A stretch of 64,000 nucleotides of DNA from Candidatus Gastranaerophilales bacterium (GCA_944323145.1 CALURJ010000008.1:10727-74726); one strand, 5' to 3'; positions 55,418 through 64,000 are shown, counted from the first letter of the stretch. Numbers and translations: made by a program. Notes: generated by a model from the sequence alone, not told the origin.

Positions 55418-56446
55418 ATGGAAAAGACTGAACAAACAATCAAATACAAATTAGAAGAGCGTGAAATAAATAATTTATCGGAATTCGCGACAAAAAGCAG
55501 ATTTACAAAAGGAAGAAAGCGCCCAGAGGAACCATGTAATTTGCGTACGGAATTTCAGCGTGACAGAGATAGAATTTTGCATTCAAAAGCTTTTAGAAGG
55601 TTAAAACATAAAACGCAGGTGTTTCTTTCTCCTTTTGATGATCATTTCAGAACACGCTTGACTCATACGCTTGAGGTTTCTCAAATTGGAAGAACTATTG
55701 CAAGAGCGCTTGATTTTAATGAAGATCTTGTTGAGGCTATAGCGCTGGGACATGATTTGGGGCATACTCCTTTCGGCCACTGCGGGGAAGGTGTGTTGAA
55801 CGAACTCGTAAAAGGCGGGTTTCACCATAATATACAAAGTGTAAGAGTTGTAGAGGTTCTGGAGGATTTAAATCTTTGTGCGGAAACTATTGACGGAATT
55901 TTAACCCATACCTGGGGATATAAACCTAAAACTCCTGAAGCACAGATTGTTCAGCTAGCTGATAAAATTGCTTATATAAATCATGATATTGAAGATTCAA
56001 TTCGTGCCGGTATTATTTCTGAAAGTGATTTGCCAAAAGATTGTATAAGCTATTTTTCATCGGTTCAGAGCAAAAGATTAAATAAAATGATTAATGAAAT
56101 TGTATTAAATTCAATAGGCAAACCTGTTGTAGCTATGAGTGAAGAGGGTTGGCATTATACAACTAAACTCAGGGAATGGATGTTTGATAACGTATATGTT
56201 GATTCTCCTGCAAAATTAGAAGAAAAGAAAGCAAGAAATGTAATAAGGGAATTGTTTTTTCTTTATACTGATATGCTAAAGCCGTTGTGTGAGGAAAATA
56301 AAATAGAAAGGATTGTAACCGATTATATTTCCGGCATGACTGACAGGTATGCAATAGAAAAATACAAAGAGAACTTTATTCCGGAAGGCTTTCATTCTGA
56401 TAAAAAAGATGATTATCTGTTTAAACTTGCAAAAATAATAAATTAA
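55418..56446 (+). CDS. dGTPase-like HD-domain triphosphohydrolase
   Basis: 342 aa. FQRDRDRILHSKAFRRLKHKTQVF, RTRLTHTLEVSQI, GHDLGHTPFGH and DRYA motifs. Confidence 0.85.
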   Translation: MEKTEQTIKYKLEEREINNLSEFATKSRFTKGRKRPEEPCNLRTEFQRDRDRILHSKAFRRLKHKTQVFLSPFDDHFRTRLTHTLEVSQIGRTIARALDFNEDLVEAIALGHDLGHTPFGHCGEGVLNELVKGGFHHNIQSVRVVEVLEDLNLCAETIDGILTHTWGYKPKTPEAQIVQLADKIAYINHDIEDSIRAGIISESDLPKDCISYFSSVQSKRLNKMINEIVLNSIGKPVVAMSEEGWHYTTKLREWMFDNVYVDSPAKLEEKKARNVIRELFFLYTDMLKPLCEENKIERIVTDYISGMTDRYAIEKYKENFIPEGFHSDKKDDYLFKLAKIIN

Positions 56447-56461
56447 AATTATAATATTTTT

Positions 56462-57169
56462 ATGAAAGATACAGTCCAATTGCTTGGATATAATATAAAT
56501 ACATTTGATTTTGAAAGTGCTGTTGAATATGCGAATTCAATATCGGGACAGGTTGTTACTATAAATCCTGAAATGATGAGTAATCCGGATATGAAAGAGA
56601 TAGTTAATTCTGCAGAACTTGTTATTCCTGATGGAATTGGAGTTCAATTGGGATTAATGATATGTGGTCATAAAGTAAAGCGTATTGCGGGAATTGAGTT
56701 TGCTCACAGAATGCTTGAGGAAGCTGAAAAAAACAGCCAATCGGTTGCTCTTATAGGTGCAAAACCGGAAGTAATTGAAAAAGCAAAAGAGAATATTCAA
56801 AAAGAGTTTTCAAATCTCTATATAACTTATGTTCAGGACGGTTATTTTTCAGATACGGAAAGAGTTTTGAATGATATAAAAATAAGACAGCCGCGTCTTG
56901 TTCTTTGTGCTCTTGGTTCTCCAAAGCAGGAAATGTTTATTTCTCAGGCTAAAAAGCTTCTTCCTGATTCATTATTTATAGGAGTCGGAGGAAGTTTTGA
57001 TGTTTGGTCGGGAATGGTTAAGCGTGCGCCGAAAATATATCAGACGCTTTGTCTTGAATGGCTTTACAGAACGATAAAAGAACCTCAGAGGTTTAAAAGA
57101 ATTTTTCCTACATTGCCATTGTTTGTTTTAAGAGTTTTGAAGGAACGTTTTGTTCCAAAGGGAGTTTAA
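56462..57169 (+). CDS. WecB/TagA/CpsF-family (GT26) glycosyltransferase
   Basis: 235 aa. VTINPEM, IPDGIGV, LGSPKQE, VGGSFDVWSG and EWLYR motifs. Confidence 0.85.
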   Translation: MKDTVQLLGYNINTFDFESAVEYANSISGQVVTINPEMMSNPDMKEIVNSAELVIPDGIGVQLGLMICGHKVKRIAGIEFAHRMLEEAEKNSQSVALIGAKPEVIEKAKENIQKEFSNLYITYVQDGYFSDTERVLNDIKIRQPRLVLCALGSPKQEMFISQAKKLLPDSLFIGVGGSFDVWSGMVKRAPKIYQTLCLEWLYRTIKEPQRFKRIFPTLPLFVLRVLKERFVPKGV

Positions 57170-57170
57170 T

Positions 57171-58007
57171 ATGCTAACTGATATTGAAGTACTGAAACTT
57201 GAAAATTTGTGTAAAGAAAATAGATTAAATGTTTTAAAAATGGTTTATAATGCTCAATCCGGTCATATTGGCGGGGCTTTATCCGCTACCGAAATTATGA
57301 CTGTACTTTATCATAAATGTATGAATATTTGTCCTAAGTGGACAAAGGATAAAAATTTTCAAAACCGTGACAGATTTGTTCTGTCTAAAGGTCATGCATC
57401 CTCTATATTGTACTCCGTTTTATCTCAGCTCGGTTATTTCCCAAAAGAAGAGCTTATGACTTTCAGACTTTTCGGCTCAAGACTTCAGGGACACCCTGTT
57501 CCTATTTGTCCCGGCGTTGATGCTGCTACAGGCTCTTTAGGGCAGGGACTTTCCATTGCCTGCGGTATGGCAATGGGATTGAGGCTTGATAAAAATCCCG
57601 CTCATGTTTTCTGCCTTTTAGGAGATGGAGAATTGCAGGAAGGCGGTGTGTGGGAAGCATTTATGCACGCAACACACGAAAAACTGAATAACTTAATCGC
57701 AATTATAGACAGAAATAGGCTTCAAATAGACGGCTGTACAGAGGTTGTAAAATCACTTGATTCTTTGGGTGATAAGTTAAGAGCTTTTAACTGGGATGTT
57801 TCTGAAATTGACGGCCACGATATTCAGGCTGTTTATGATGCTATAGAAACTGCAAAGAAATCTGATAAACCTGCTGTAATAATTGCTAATACTATTAAGG
57901 GAAAAGGCGTAAGTTTCATGGAGAATAATGCTGGATGGCACGGGAAAGCTCCAAATAAAGAAGATTTTGAAAAAGCTGTTAAAGAGTTGGAATTAACTTT
58001 AAATTAA
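57171..58007 (+). CDS. Transketolase, N-terminal subunit
   Basis: SGHIGGALS, GHASSILY, GSLGQGLS and GDGELQEGGVWEA motifs (TPP binding). I prefer ATG 57171 with an AAGGGAG RBS over the track start 57150. Confidence 0.85.
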   Translation: MLTDIEVLKLENLCKENRLNVLKMVYNAQSGHIGGALSATEIMTVLYHKCMNICPKWTKDKNFQNRDRFVLSKGHASSILYSVLSQLGYFPKEELMTFRLFGSRLQGHPVPICPGVDAATGSLGQGLSIACGMAMGLRLDKNPAHVFCLLGDGELQEGGVWEAFMHATHEKLNNLIAIIDRNRLQIDGCTEVVKSLDSLGDKLRAFNWDVSEIDGHDIQAVYDAIETAKKSDKPAVIIANTIKGKGVSFMENNAGWHGKAPNKEDFEKAVKELELTLN

Positions 58008-58092
58008 CTTTTATTAAAATAAGACTTCCCAAAGCTCAAAAAATCTGTTATAATGTATATTGTGATATTAAGAGTAAATTTTTGGGGGTTGA

Positions 58093-59520
58093 ATGATTAA
58101 ACAACGTTCTATTTTCAATGCTTACACCTTAGCAGAAATTGTTATTGTCATGCTGATAATCTCAGTTGTTGTTGCAGTAACAATTGGTGTAACGAAGAAG
58201 AAACTAGATTCAACAGTATCTTATACTTATTATAGTGCTTATGAGTCTTTAAAGGATGTATCCCGCAGCTTGTTGGCTGATTTCAATCCAAACAGCGACA
58301 AATATAAGGCTGATATAGAGGAACTAAATTTTTGGAATAAATTCACTGATGCTACAACACATAGCAATTATATCTCTATACTAAACAGTTTTTCTTCCCA
58401 ACCTGCTTTGGCTGCGTGCAAATATGACACGCGTACGGGTTGCTATTTTTGTGGTTATGCTGATAAAAATAATTACTGTTACCATGTGGGGGGATGGTCA
58501 TGCGGTGGTCAATGTTGGGACTGCCCTGATAGTACATGTCCGCATGAATGGACTTGCCCTGAAGGATACAAGGAACTTCAGGAAGGGTGTGGAAAGATTT
58601 GTGCAGATGGTTCAGTCGCAAATACTCCCCGCGGAGAAAAATGTCCGGAAGAGACGTGTGATCCTAATGCAAAAGAAGATTGTGATCGTGTAGGCGGTCA
58701 GTTTTATCCATCAACTTGTTCGTGTGAATGTAATGACAATGATTATGATAAATGTATAGATGCAGGTGGACAATTTAATTTTTCAACCTGTTCCTGCAAT
58801 ATGTCTGCGACCTGTCCAATCACAGAATGTCCGAGTGGCCAGCACTTGGTTGATGCAGATAAATCCACATGTAAATGTGTAGCAGACGAGCCCTCAGAAC
58901 CCGACGAGCCGGCATCTGTTTGTAATCCTGGCGACACTCCGCCTGCCTGCGGTCAGCAGTGCGTGGGCGGTCAATGGGAATCAATCGCCGGCTTCAGTAA
59001 GACCTGTAATGACACCCAGGAATGGCGTGACCTACCGGATTGTAAGTGTGTTCCAATCGCACGTACATTACCTCGTAACGGTCAAAAGTTCTGTGAACAA
59101 TTTGAACAGCGTGTAAATACAAAAGCAGGCATCGATTACTGTGAAGGCACAACAATAAGTGCAACAACCACAGATTTCAGTAATGCCAAAGCAGATATTA
59201 TATTACGTAACGGTATGAAGATTTATAATGTTCATACAAATCCTCAAAAGATAGAAGAACTCGCCGGCAATAAATCAGGTTTTACTGTTCAGGTTGCAAG
59301 TTCCGGAGAATTGAGTCTTTTGCCTTCAACAATTTTAAAAGAACATCCGTTAGGCTTGTTTAGTATATTAAGCGGGTTATTCGATAGTTCTGTGTATGCT
59401 TCCTGGAGTAGTTCTGGTTGGAGCTCTGGTAATTCAAGTGATGGTTATATGACAACTCAAGGCAGCGGCAGCGGAACAAAATGCACCTTAAAGAGTGTCA
59501 AACCTGTTAAATTCTTCTAA
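58093..59520 (+). CDS. Cysteine-rich pilin-like protein (prepilin-type N-terminal motif)
   Basis: 475 aa. Short leader MIKQRSIFN, then AYTLAEIVIVMLIISVVVAV. The central region has about 33 Cys by my count, including duplicated GGQF(Y/N)xSTCSC modules. Confidence 0.65.
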   Translation: MIKQRSIFNAYTLAEIVIVMLIISVVVAVTIGVTKKKLDSTVSYTYYSAYESLKDVSRSLLADFNPNSDKYKADIEELNFWNKFTDATTHSNYISILNSFSSQPALAACKYDTRTGCYFCGYADKNNYCYHVGGWSCGGQCWDCPDSTCPHEWTCPEGYKELQEGCGKICADGSVANTPRGEKCPEETCDPNAKEDCDRVGGQFYPSTCSCECNDNDYDKCIDAGGQFNFSTCSCNMSATCPITECPSGQHLVDADKSTCKCVADEPSEPDEPASVCNPGDTPPACGQQCVGGQWESIAGFSKTCNDTQEWRDLPDCKCVPIARTLPRNGQKFCEQFEQRVNTKAGIDYCEGTTISATTTDFSNAKADIILRNGMKIYNVHTNPQKIEELAGNKSGFTVQVASSGELSLLPSTILKEHPLGLFSILSGLFDSSVYASWSSSGWSSGNSSDGYMTTQGSGSGTKCTLKSVKPVKFF

Positions 59521-59526
59521 TAAATT

Positions 59527-59973
59527 ATGATAAGTGATAAATTAGAAAACATAACTAAATACAATATAGTTTCAGAAAAGGTGTCAGACTTTTTGAAAAG
59601 TCTGACACCTGATTCTGCTGTTGGACATTATCTAATTGATGAAAATACATACGCAAATATTGATGTATATGAAACAAAGGATATAAGCTTATGTAAATTT
59701 GAGGCGCATAAAAAATATATTGATATTCAAATGCTTCTTCAAGGAGAGGAAAAACTTGATTACACATTTGTAGATGGTCTTTCAATCAGCGAGGAATATG
59801 ACAAACAAAGAGATGTTATGTTCTTTGCTGCGCCTAAATCTTTCGATATAGTATCTTTACAGCCTTTTAAATTCGTACTTTTATATCCTTATGAAGCCCA
59901 CAGACCTCAGATGAATATTAAAAACACATCAGCAAAAGTTAAAAAGGTTGTTGTTAAAATTAAGGCTGATTAA
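59527..59973 (+). CDS. YhcH/YjgK/YiaL (DUF386) family protein
   Basis: 148 aa. FEAHKKYIDIQMLLQGEE...YEAHRP pattern. Confidence 0.65.
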   Translation: MISDKLENITKYNIVSEKVSDFLKSLTPDSAVGHYLIDENTYANIDVYETKDISLCKFEAHKKYIDIQMLLQGEEKLDYTFVDGLSISEEYDKQRDVMFFAAPKSFDIVSLQPFKFVLLYPYEAHRPQMNIKNTSAKVKKVVVKIKAD

Positions 59974-59999
59974 AATTTTTTATTTTTTGCAAGAATAAA

Positions 60000-60875
60000 T
60001 TAAGCTAATGCAGGGGATTTAAAATGGATTTCTTTAACAAGACAAAGAATTTTGTTTATAAACTGTCTGTAAGCTTCTCTATCAGCTTCTCCTGAAAGGA
60101 TAATGTCGGCTTTTACAGCTGTCGGATGAATATGTGTTTTTGCCTTGTTTGAAGCATTTTCATAAACTTCATCGGCGGAATCTCCAAGATCTCTTTCAGC
60201 TGCGCGTTTATAAAATCTCTCTTTTTGAGTTTGAACAGATACATCAACATAAATTTTAAAATCAAATGCGTCAACTACTTTGTCTGTAAGTGTGAAAAGA
60301 CCTTCTGATATGATAATTTTGGAAGGTACAGCAAGTTTAACATTATCATGTCTTATAGCGGTTCCTGACATATCATATTCTGGAAGATAAACTGTGTTAC
60401 CAAAAAGCAGTGACTTTATATGTTTTTTCATCAATTCCAGTTCAAGCGCCTCAGGAACATCCAAATCATAATGCTTTGCAAATTCTGCAAAACTGCCGGC
60501 TTTTTTTACCATATCAGAACGATCATAGTAATAATCGTCCGTATTAATTCTTGTAATAGCATTATTTACAGAATATTCTTTTGCAAATGCCTGAATAGTA
60601 CTTATTATATCAAGTGCAATTGTTGATTTCCCGCTGGCAGTTTCGCCTGCAATACCTACCGCACAGGATCTTGTAATGTTATTTGAGATAAATAACGCAA
60701 TTTTGTGAATTACGCTGTGTTTAACTTTTACAAATATTGAATTCGGAGAGTTAATCTCATCCGAAAATATTTTGTTAAGTTTTAATTCTATATAATCTAA
60801 AAGAGCTGTATCATCAGAATATTTAAAGATATTTCTATTGATTTCGTTATATGATTTTGTAATAGTATTTTGCAA
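60000..60875 (-). CDS. Uridine kinase/phosphoribulokinase-family P-loop kinase
   Basis: 291 aa. GIAGETASGKST P-loop, DDYYY and ISEGLF motifs, with an N-terminal extension of about 70 aa. Confidence 0.6.
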   Translation of the reverse strand: MQNTITKSYNEINRNIFKYSDDTALLDYIELKLNKIFSDEINSPNSIFVKVKHSVIHKIALFISNNITRSCAVGIAGETASGKSTIALDIISTIQAFAKEYSVNNAITRINTDDYYYDRSDMVKKAGSFAEFAKHYDLDVPEALELELMKKHIKSLLFGNTVYLPEYDMSGTAIRHDNVKLAVPSKIIISEGLFTLTDKVVDAFDFKIYVDVSVQTQKERFYKRAAERDLGDSADEVYENASNKAKTHIHPTAVKADIILSGEADREAYRQFINKILCLVKEIHFKSPALA

Positions 60876-61054
60876 TTTATAAATCCTTATTTAGTAATCA
60901 TAAAAAATGAACATAAAAATTTTTGCCAACTATTTCATTATATGTTAGCAGAAATAAGACAAAAAAGTATAAAGTGTGTATAAATGTTAAAACAATTTTT
61001 TTTGCAATAAATAAAAAAGTCGTGTATAATAATTTTGTTATGTTGGAGTGAGTT

Positions 61055-61516
61055 ATGAGAAAATATTTTAAACCTATTATTATATCTTTATGCGTCTTGT
61101 TTGCTGCTGCTGCAGTATGGGGCGGTTATATTTATAAAATTAATAATGATGTTATTGAAAAAAGAAATATCTGTCAGGATGATGAGTTGATTGCAAGATT
61201 AATAGAACAAAATATTAATCCTTTCAGTAAATTTAGATTTATAAAAAAAAGAAATGCAGATTGTAATCTTCTTTTAATAAATAATAAAGATGAAGCAATA
61301 AAATCTCAGAGTAATCAGTATTGTTCGGTTTTGGATTCATCTACTACTTCTATAATTCTTCTTGTAAATACTTATGTTCATGAAATGTATGACAGGGAAA
61401 ATGCATCTAAAGAATTAAGAATAACAACCCCTTTGATGACTCCTTATAATTACTGCCCTCAGTATTTTGACCATATGATTGATTTAATACAATTGAAAAA
61501 ACGTCTAGGGTTATGA
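61055..61516 (+). CDS. Hypothetical membrane-anchored protein
   Basis: 153 aa with an N-terminal TM helix. No family recognised. Confidence 0.35.
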   Translation: MRKYFKPIIISLCVLFAAAAVWGGYIYKINNDVIEKRNICQDDELIARLIEQNINPFSKFRFIKKRNADCNLLLINNKDEAIKSQSNQYCSVLDSSTTSIILLVNTYVHEMYDRENASKELRITTPLMTPYNYCPQYFDHMIDLIQLKKRLGL

Positions 61517-63259
61517 TTTTATTAGCCCGAAGCGTATTTTCATCTTGTAATTCTTTTTATCTTTGAGAAGTTGTTCTTTAATTTTCTCAAACTCTTTATC
61601 TTCTGACTGTGTGGGATTGTATCTTACCCAGTTAAGATCAATTCTTAAAATATCACCTTTAAAATCTTTTTCATCTATAAATTTGAAAGTTGTATTGTCA
61701 TCATAAATATATGTGTAATAAGCATTTTCAAGCCCGATTTTCCCAAATTCTGATAATTTGATATCTTTTGAATTATCATCTTTTATTACATATACAATAT
61801 TCGGCTTTTCCGGATCTTGATAAAGTCGGATTATTCTTATTCCGGCAGCTCTTAACAATCCGGCAAGGTAGTTATTGCATTCAATGAAATACTCTTTATT
61901 TTTAATATGTTCGGACATTAATTTGTCTACATAAATTTCATGCTGTATATAAGTTGCTTGTGAAAATTCAGATAATTTACTGTAGTCATTTTTTAGTGAA
62001 TTTAAAGACTCCTGGTATTGAAATAATGGCTTAAGTTCACTATCTGTCAGCTTTTTACTTTTTTCTAGCTCTTTTAAGATATCACCTGTTTCTTTGATCA
62101 GAACTTCTAGTTTTCCATTATCCATAAGTTTTAGGCTTAGATTTTTAGAAGCCAGTATGTCCGAAATCTCTGTAGAACCTACATAATAATCATTTATTAA
62201 CGCTATAGTTTCATCAGACAAAACACTGTAAATTTCTTTGTGAATTTCCTTAAGTTTGTTCTGTGGAATAATTGGTGCAAGGATATCTGTACACTGCAAG
62301 ATACGTTTTACAACTTTTAGAGGGTTGACTTCCCCTATTCCGTTTATAAAATGTATATCTTTGCAATGTCTGAGGTAATCGCCCAACCTCTGGTCAATGT
62401 ATTTGTCATCATCCTCCGGAACAATATTTTTAACAAAATCCATTGATAAAATGTCTGTGTATACATGAGGAACAAATTGCCTGAATGTTGTTTGGAAACG
62501 TTTCCCGTTAAAAGTTTCCTCAATTATCTCTACGCGGGTTGTCTTTCCGGATTTTTCATCTGTAATATCCGCAAAATATGCAGTGCTTACAGTTAGTTCT
62601 CTCAGCATTTTTCTGTAATTTGCTGAATATGAAATTTCATCCGTATAAAGTTTAATATAATTATAATCGCTTAAAAGAATTTCCTCGGGCGGTATTTTAA
62701 ATATTTTGTTTTCTACTTTTTCTGTGTAAGTTGTTCCTGCTGCAGTATTTTCAACCCCGTTTGCCAGTATATTAACTATTTCTTTATTATCTTTTTTGAA
62801 CCCTAGGACAGTATATTCTTTTGTTTTTTTGAAGAATTTATTTGATTTATCTACTTCATTAAGCAGATTAAAGTGATAATTGTGTATAGTTCTTAAAATC
62901 ATATTAGCTATTTGTTTGGAATTTTTTCCGTTGTATATGAATTCTCCAAGATACACCCCGACTCCGTAATCTAAATCGCTTGAGGTTTCATTATTTTTTA
63001 GAATTCCCGACCCGTATACATCTGTATAAATAATTTTTGTTTTTACACCGAAAACATTGTCGTTTGTAAGTTCTGATGCTTTAAATAAAACATTATTTAT
63101 ATCTTTTGATACTTTTGCAATATAAGGATATGACTCATTATCATTGTTCGGGTCAATATATAGCATAATGTAGTGATTATTTTTGATATATATTGAGGCA
63201 CCTATTAAAATAAGAACTAAAAGAAGAATTAATATTCCAATTTTAAAAATTTTATTCAT
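61511..63259 (-). CDS. Membrane-anchored hypothetical protein with possible Pol-beta-type nucleotidyltransferase motif
   Basis: 582 aa with an N-terminal TM helix. YGSGILKNNETSSDLDYGV fits hG[GS]-x10-[DE]h[DE]h. The remainder is unrecognised. Confidence 0.35.
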   Translation of the reverse strand: MNKIFKIGILILLLVLILIGASIYIKNNHYIMLYIDPNNDNESYPYIAKVSKDINNVLFKASELTNDNVFGVKTKIIYTDVYGSGILKNNETSSDLDYGVGVYLGEFIYNGKNSKQIANMILRTIHNYHFNLLNEVDKSNKFFKKTKEYTVLGFKKDNKEIVNILANGVENTAAGTTYTEKVENKIFKIPPEEILLSDYNYIKLYTDEISYSANYRKMLRELTVSTAYFADITDEKSGKTTRVEIIEETFNGKRFQTTFRQFVPHVYTDILSMDFVKNIVPEDDDKYIDQRLGDYLRHCKDIHFINGIGEVNPLKVVKRILQCTDILAPIIPQNKLKEIHKEIYSVLSDETIALINDYYVGSTEISDILASKNLSLKLMDNGKLEVLIKETGDILKELEKSKKLTDSELKPLFQYQESLNSLKNDYSKLSEFSQATYIQHEIYVDKLMSEHIKNKEYFIECNNYLAGLLRAAGIRIIRLYQDPEKPNIVYVIKDDNSKDIKLSEFGKIGLENAYYTYIYDDNTTFKFIDEKDFKGDILRIDLNWVRYNPTQSEDKEFEKIKEQLLKDKKNYKMKIRFGLIKS

Positions 63260-63312
63260 TTAATACCCCTAAAACTCCTGAAAATTGCGTTAAAAAATTG
63301 TGAAATTGAAAT

Positions 63313-63391
63313 AACCGAGCGATTGCGGAGCAATCAAGCCGGAAGAGTCCTCTACTTCTTATTAATTTGTCAATAAAAAATGCCGAAGGCC
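63313..63391. repeat. 79-bp direct repeat, copy 1 (contains a duplicate of the last 11 nt of tRNA-Leu)
   Basis: By eye, identical to 63441-63519 (offset 128 bp). Ends with tgccgaaggcc, the reverse complement of the tRNA 3' end. Confidence 0.85.
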
Positions 63392-63440
63392 ACTCTGCCG
63401 AGGCGGAACTGACTAAATGTCAGTTCTGTCGAGAGGGAAG

Positions 63441-63519
63441 AACCGAGCGATTGCGGAGCAATCAAGCCGGAAGAGTCCTCTACTTCTTATTAATTTGTCA
63501 ATAAAAAATGCCGAAGGCC
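63441..63519. repeat. 79-bp direct repeat, copy 2 (overlaps the genuine tRNA-Leu 3' end)
   Basis: See copy 1. The 49 bp between the copies (63392-63440) contains the hairpin gaactgac-taaat-gtcagttc. Confidence 0.85.
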
Positions 63520-63592
63520 GGACTCGAACCGGCACGTGGTTGCCCACACAAGATTTTGAGTCTAGCACGTCTACCAATTTCATCACTTCGGC
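63509..63592 (-). tRNA. tRNA-Leu (anticodon CAA), class II with long variable arm
   Basis: Manual fold. Acceptor GCCGAAG/CTTCGGC. T arm GCCGG-TTCGAGT-CCGGC. Anticodon loop CUCAAAA with one U-U mismatch in the stem. Variable stem GTGG/CCAC. No encoded CCA. Confidence 0.85.
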
Positions 63593-63752
63593 ATAAATTA
63601 AATTGTACTATTTTATATTAGCAGAAACATTTCAAATTTCAAATAAAATTTTAAAAATTTTTTTAATACATACTTTTTAGATGATTTGGTCAATTAATTT
63701 GAATTTTTATCTTATATAAAATATTTTAGTAAAACGTGAAAGTTGAGGACTT

Positions 63753-64000
63753 ATGAGGCAGTGTTTCATTTTAGTACTTATTTTTTTTATTAATTTATTA
63801 CCTGTTGGTGCTGCTGTTATGGAAGGCGGTGTTTCAAAAACAGGCATGGGAAATACCAGCAGAATTGTTGACAGTGATACAAATACTCCGGTTTCCGGCG
63901 CCAGAGTGAGTATTCCTAAAGAAAATTTTAGTACAATTACGGATAGCAGCGGCGCATTCAATTTGAACATAAAAATAAACGATCCAACAATAATGTCTGT
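63753..64000 (+). CDS. Secreted protein with carboxypeptidase-regulatory-like domain (partial, runs off the window)
   Basis: RBS GAGGA, then ATG 63753. Signal peptide MRQCFILVLIFFINLLPVGAA. VSGARVSIP...TDSSGAFNL is typical of the CarboxypepD_reg fold. Confidence 0.5.
   Translation, partial: MRQCFILVLIFFINLLPVGAAVMEGGVSKTGMGNTSRIVDSDTNTPVSGARVSIPKENFSTITDSSGAFNLNIKINDPTIMS

Noticed and set aside
58008-63600. A genomic island or prophage integrated at tRNA-Leu, covering the pilin, YhcH, kinase and 582-aa genes.
   Set aside because: The window has no integrase, recombinase, phage or transposase genes. The only att-like repeat is 128 bp from the tRNA, not at a distal island boundary. By eye, the base composition of these genes is not visibly different from the rest.
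63707-63970. Minus-strand ORF 63707..63970 (87 aa).
   Set aside because: The opposite strand has an RBS plus ATG 63753 encoding a signal peptide and a CarboxypepD_reg-like motif that runs off the window. The minus-strand ORF is its shadow.

Overview
This is an AT-rich bacterial chromosomal segment from a diderm organism: lpxI, lpxB and an lptD-like gene are present. The gene content and the pilin N-termini (xAFTLAEVLITLGIIGVV) fit a gut Melainabacteria/Vampirovibrionia-like organism, but that is inference only and was not searched. Most of the window is housekeeping: ilvC, ruvB, a dapL-type aminotransferase, glgA, relA/spoT, rsmG, panE, an RNase E/G plus radical-SAM operon, a family-4 UDG, an alanine:cation symporter, a dGTPase-like protein, a transketolase N-subunit and tRNA-Leu(CAA). 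I saw no CRISPR array, rRNA, transposase, integrase or recognisable defence system. The most unusual feature is a GC-rich, hairpin-dense leader cassette built from 8-nt-periodic purine (SD-like, GGA-containing) arrays. It occurs in the sense orientation in the 5' region of four transcription units. In two pilin-like genes it sits between a strong RBS/ATG plus a 10-nt G/C homopolymer tract and the prepilin cleavage motif, and the ORF stays open through it. One tract is in frame (ON) and the other is out of frame (OFF), which suggests phase variation of long-leader pilins. The in-frame copy also carries two canonical G-quadruplex motifs. Other items worth a look: a translationally coupled YhaM-like OB/HD nuclease plus two diverged thymidylate-kinase-like genes; a protein with flagellin-like architecture behind a sigma28-like promoter; a receiver plus degenerate GspE-like ATPase pair; a BlaI-small protein-serpin operon; tandem RWYD-repeat small proteins; a cysteine-rich pilin; and a 79-bp direct repeat that duplicates the 3' end of tRNA-Leu.
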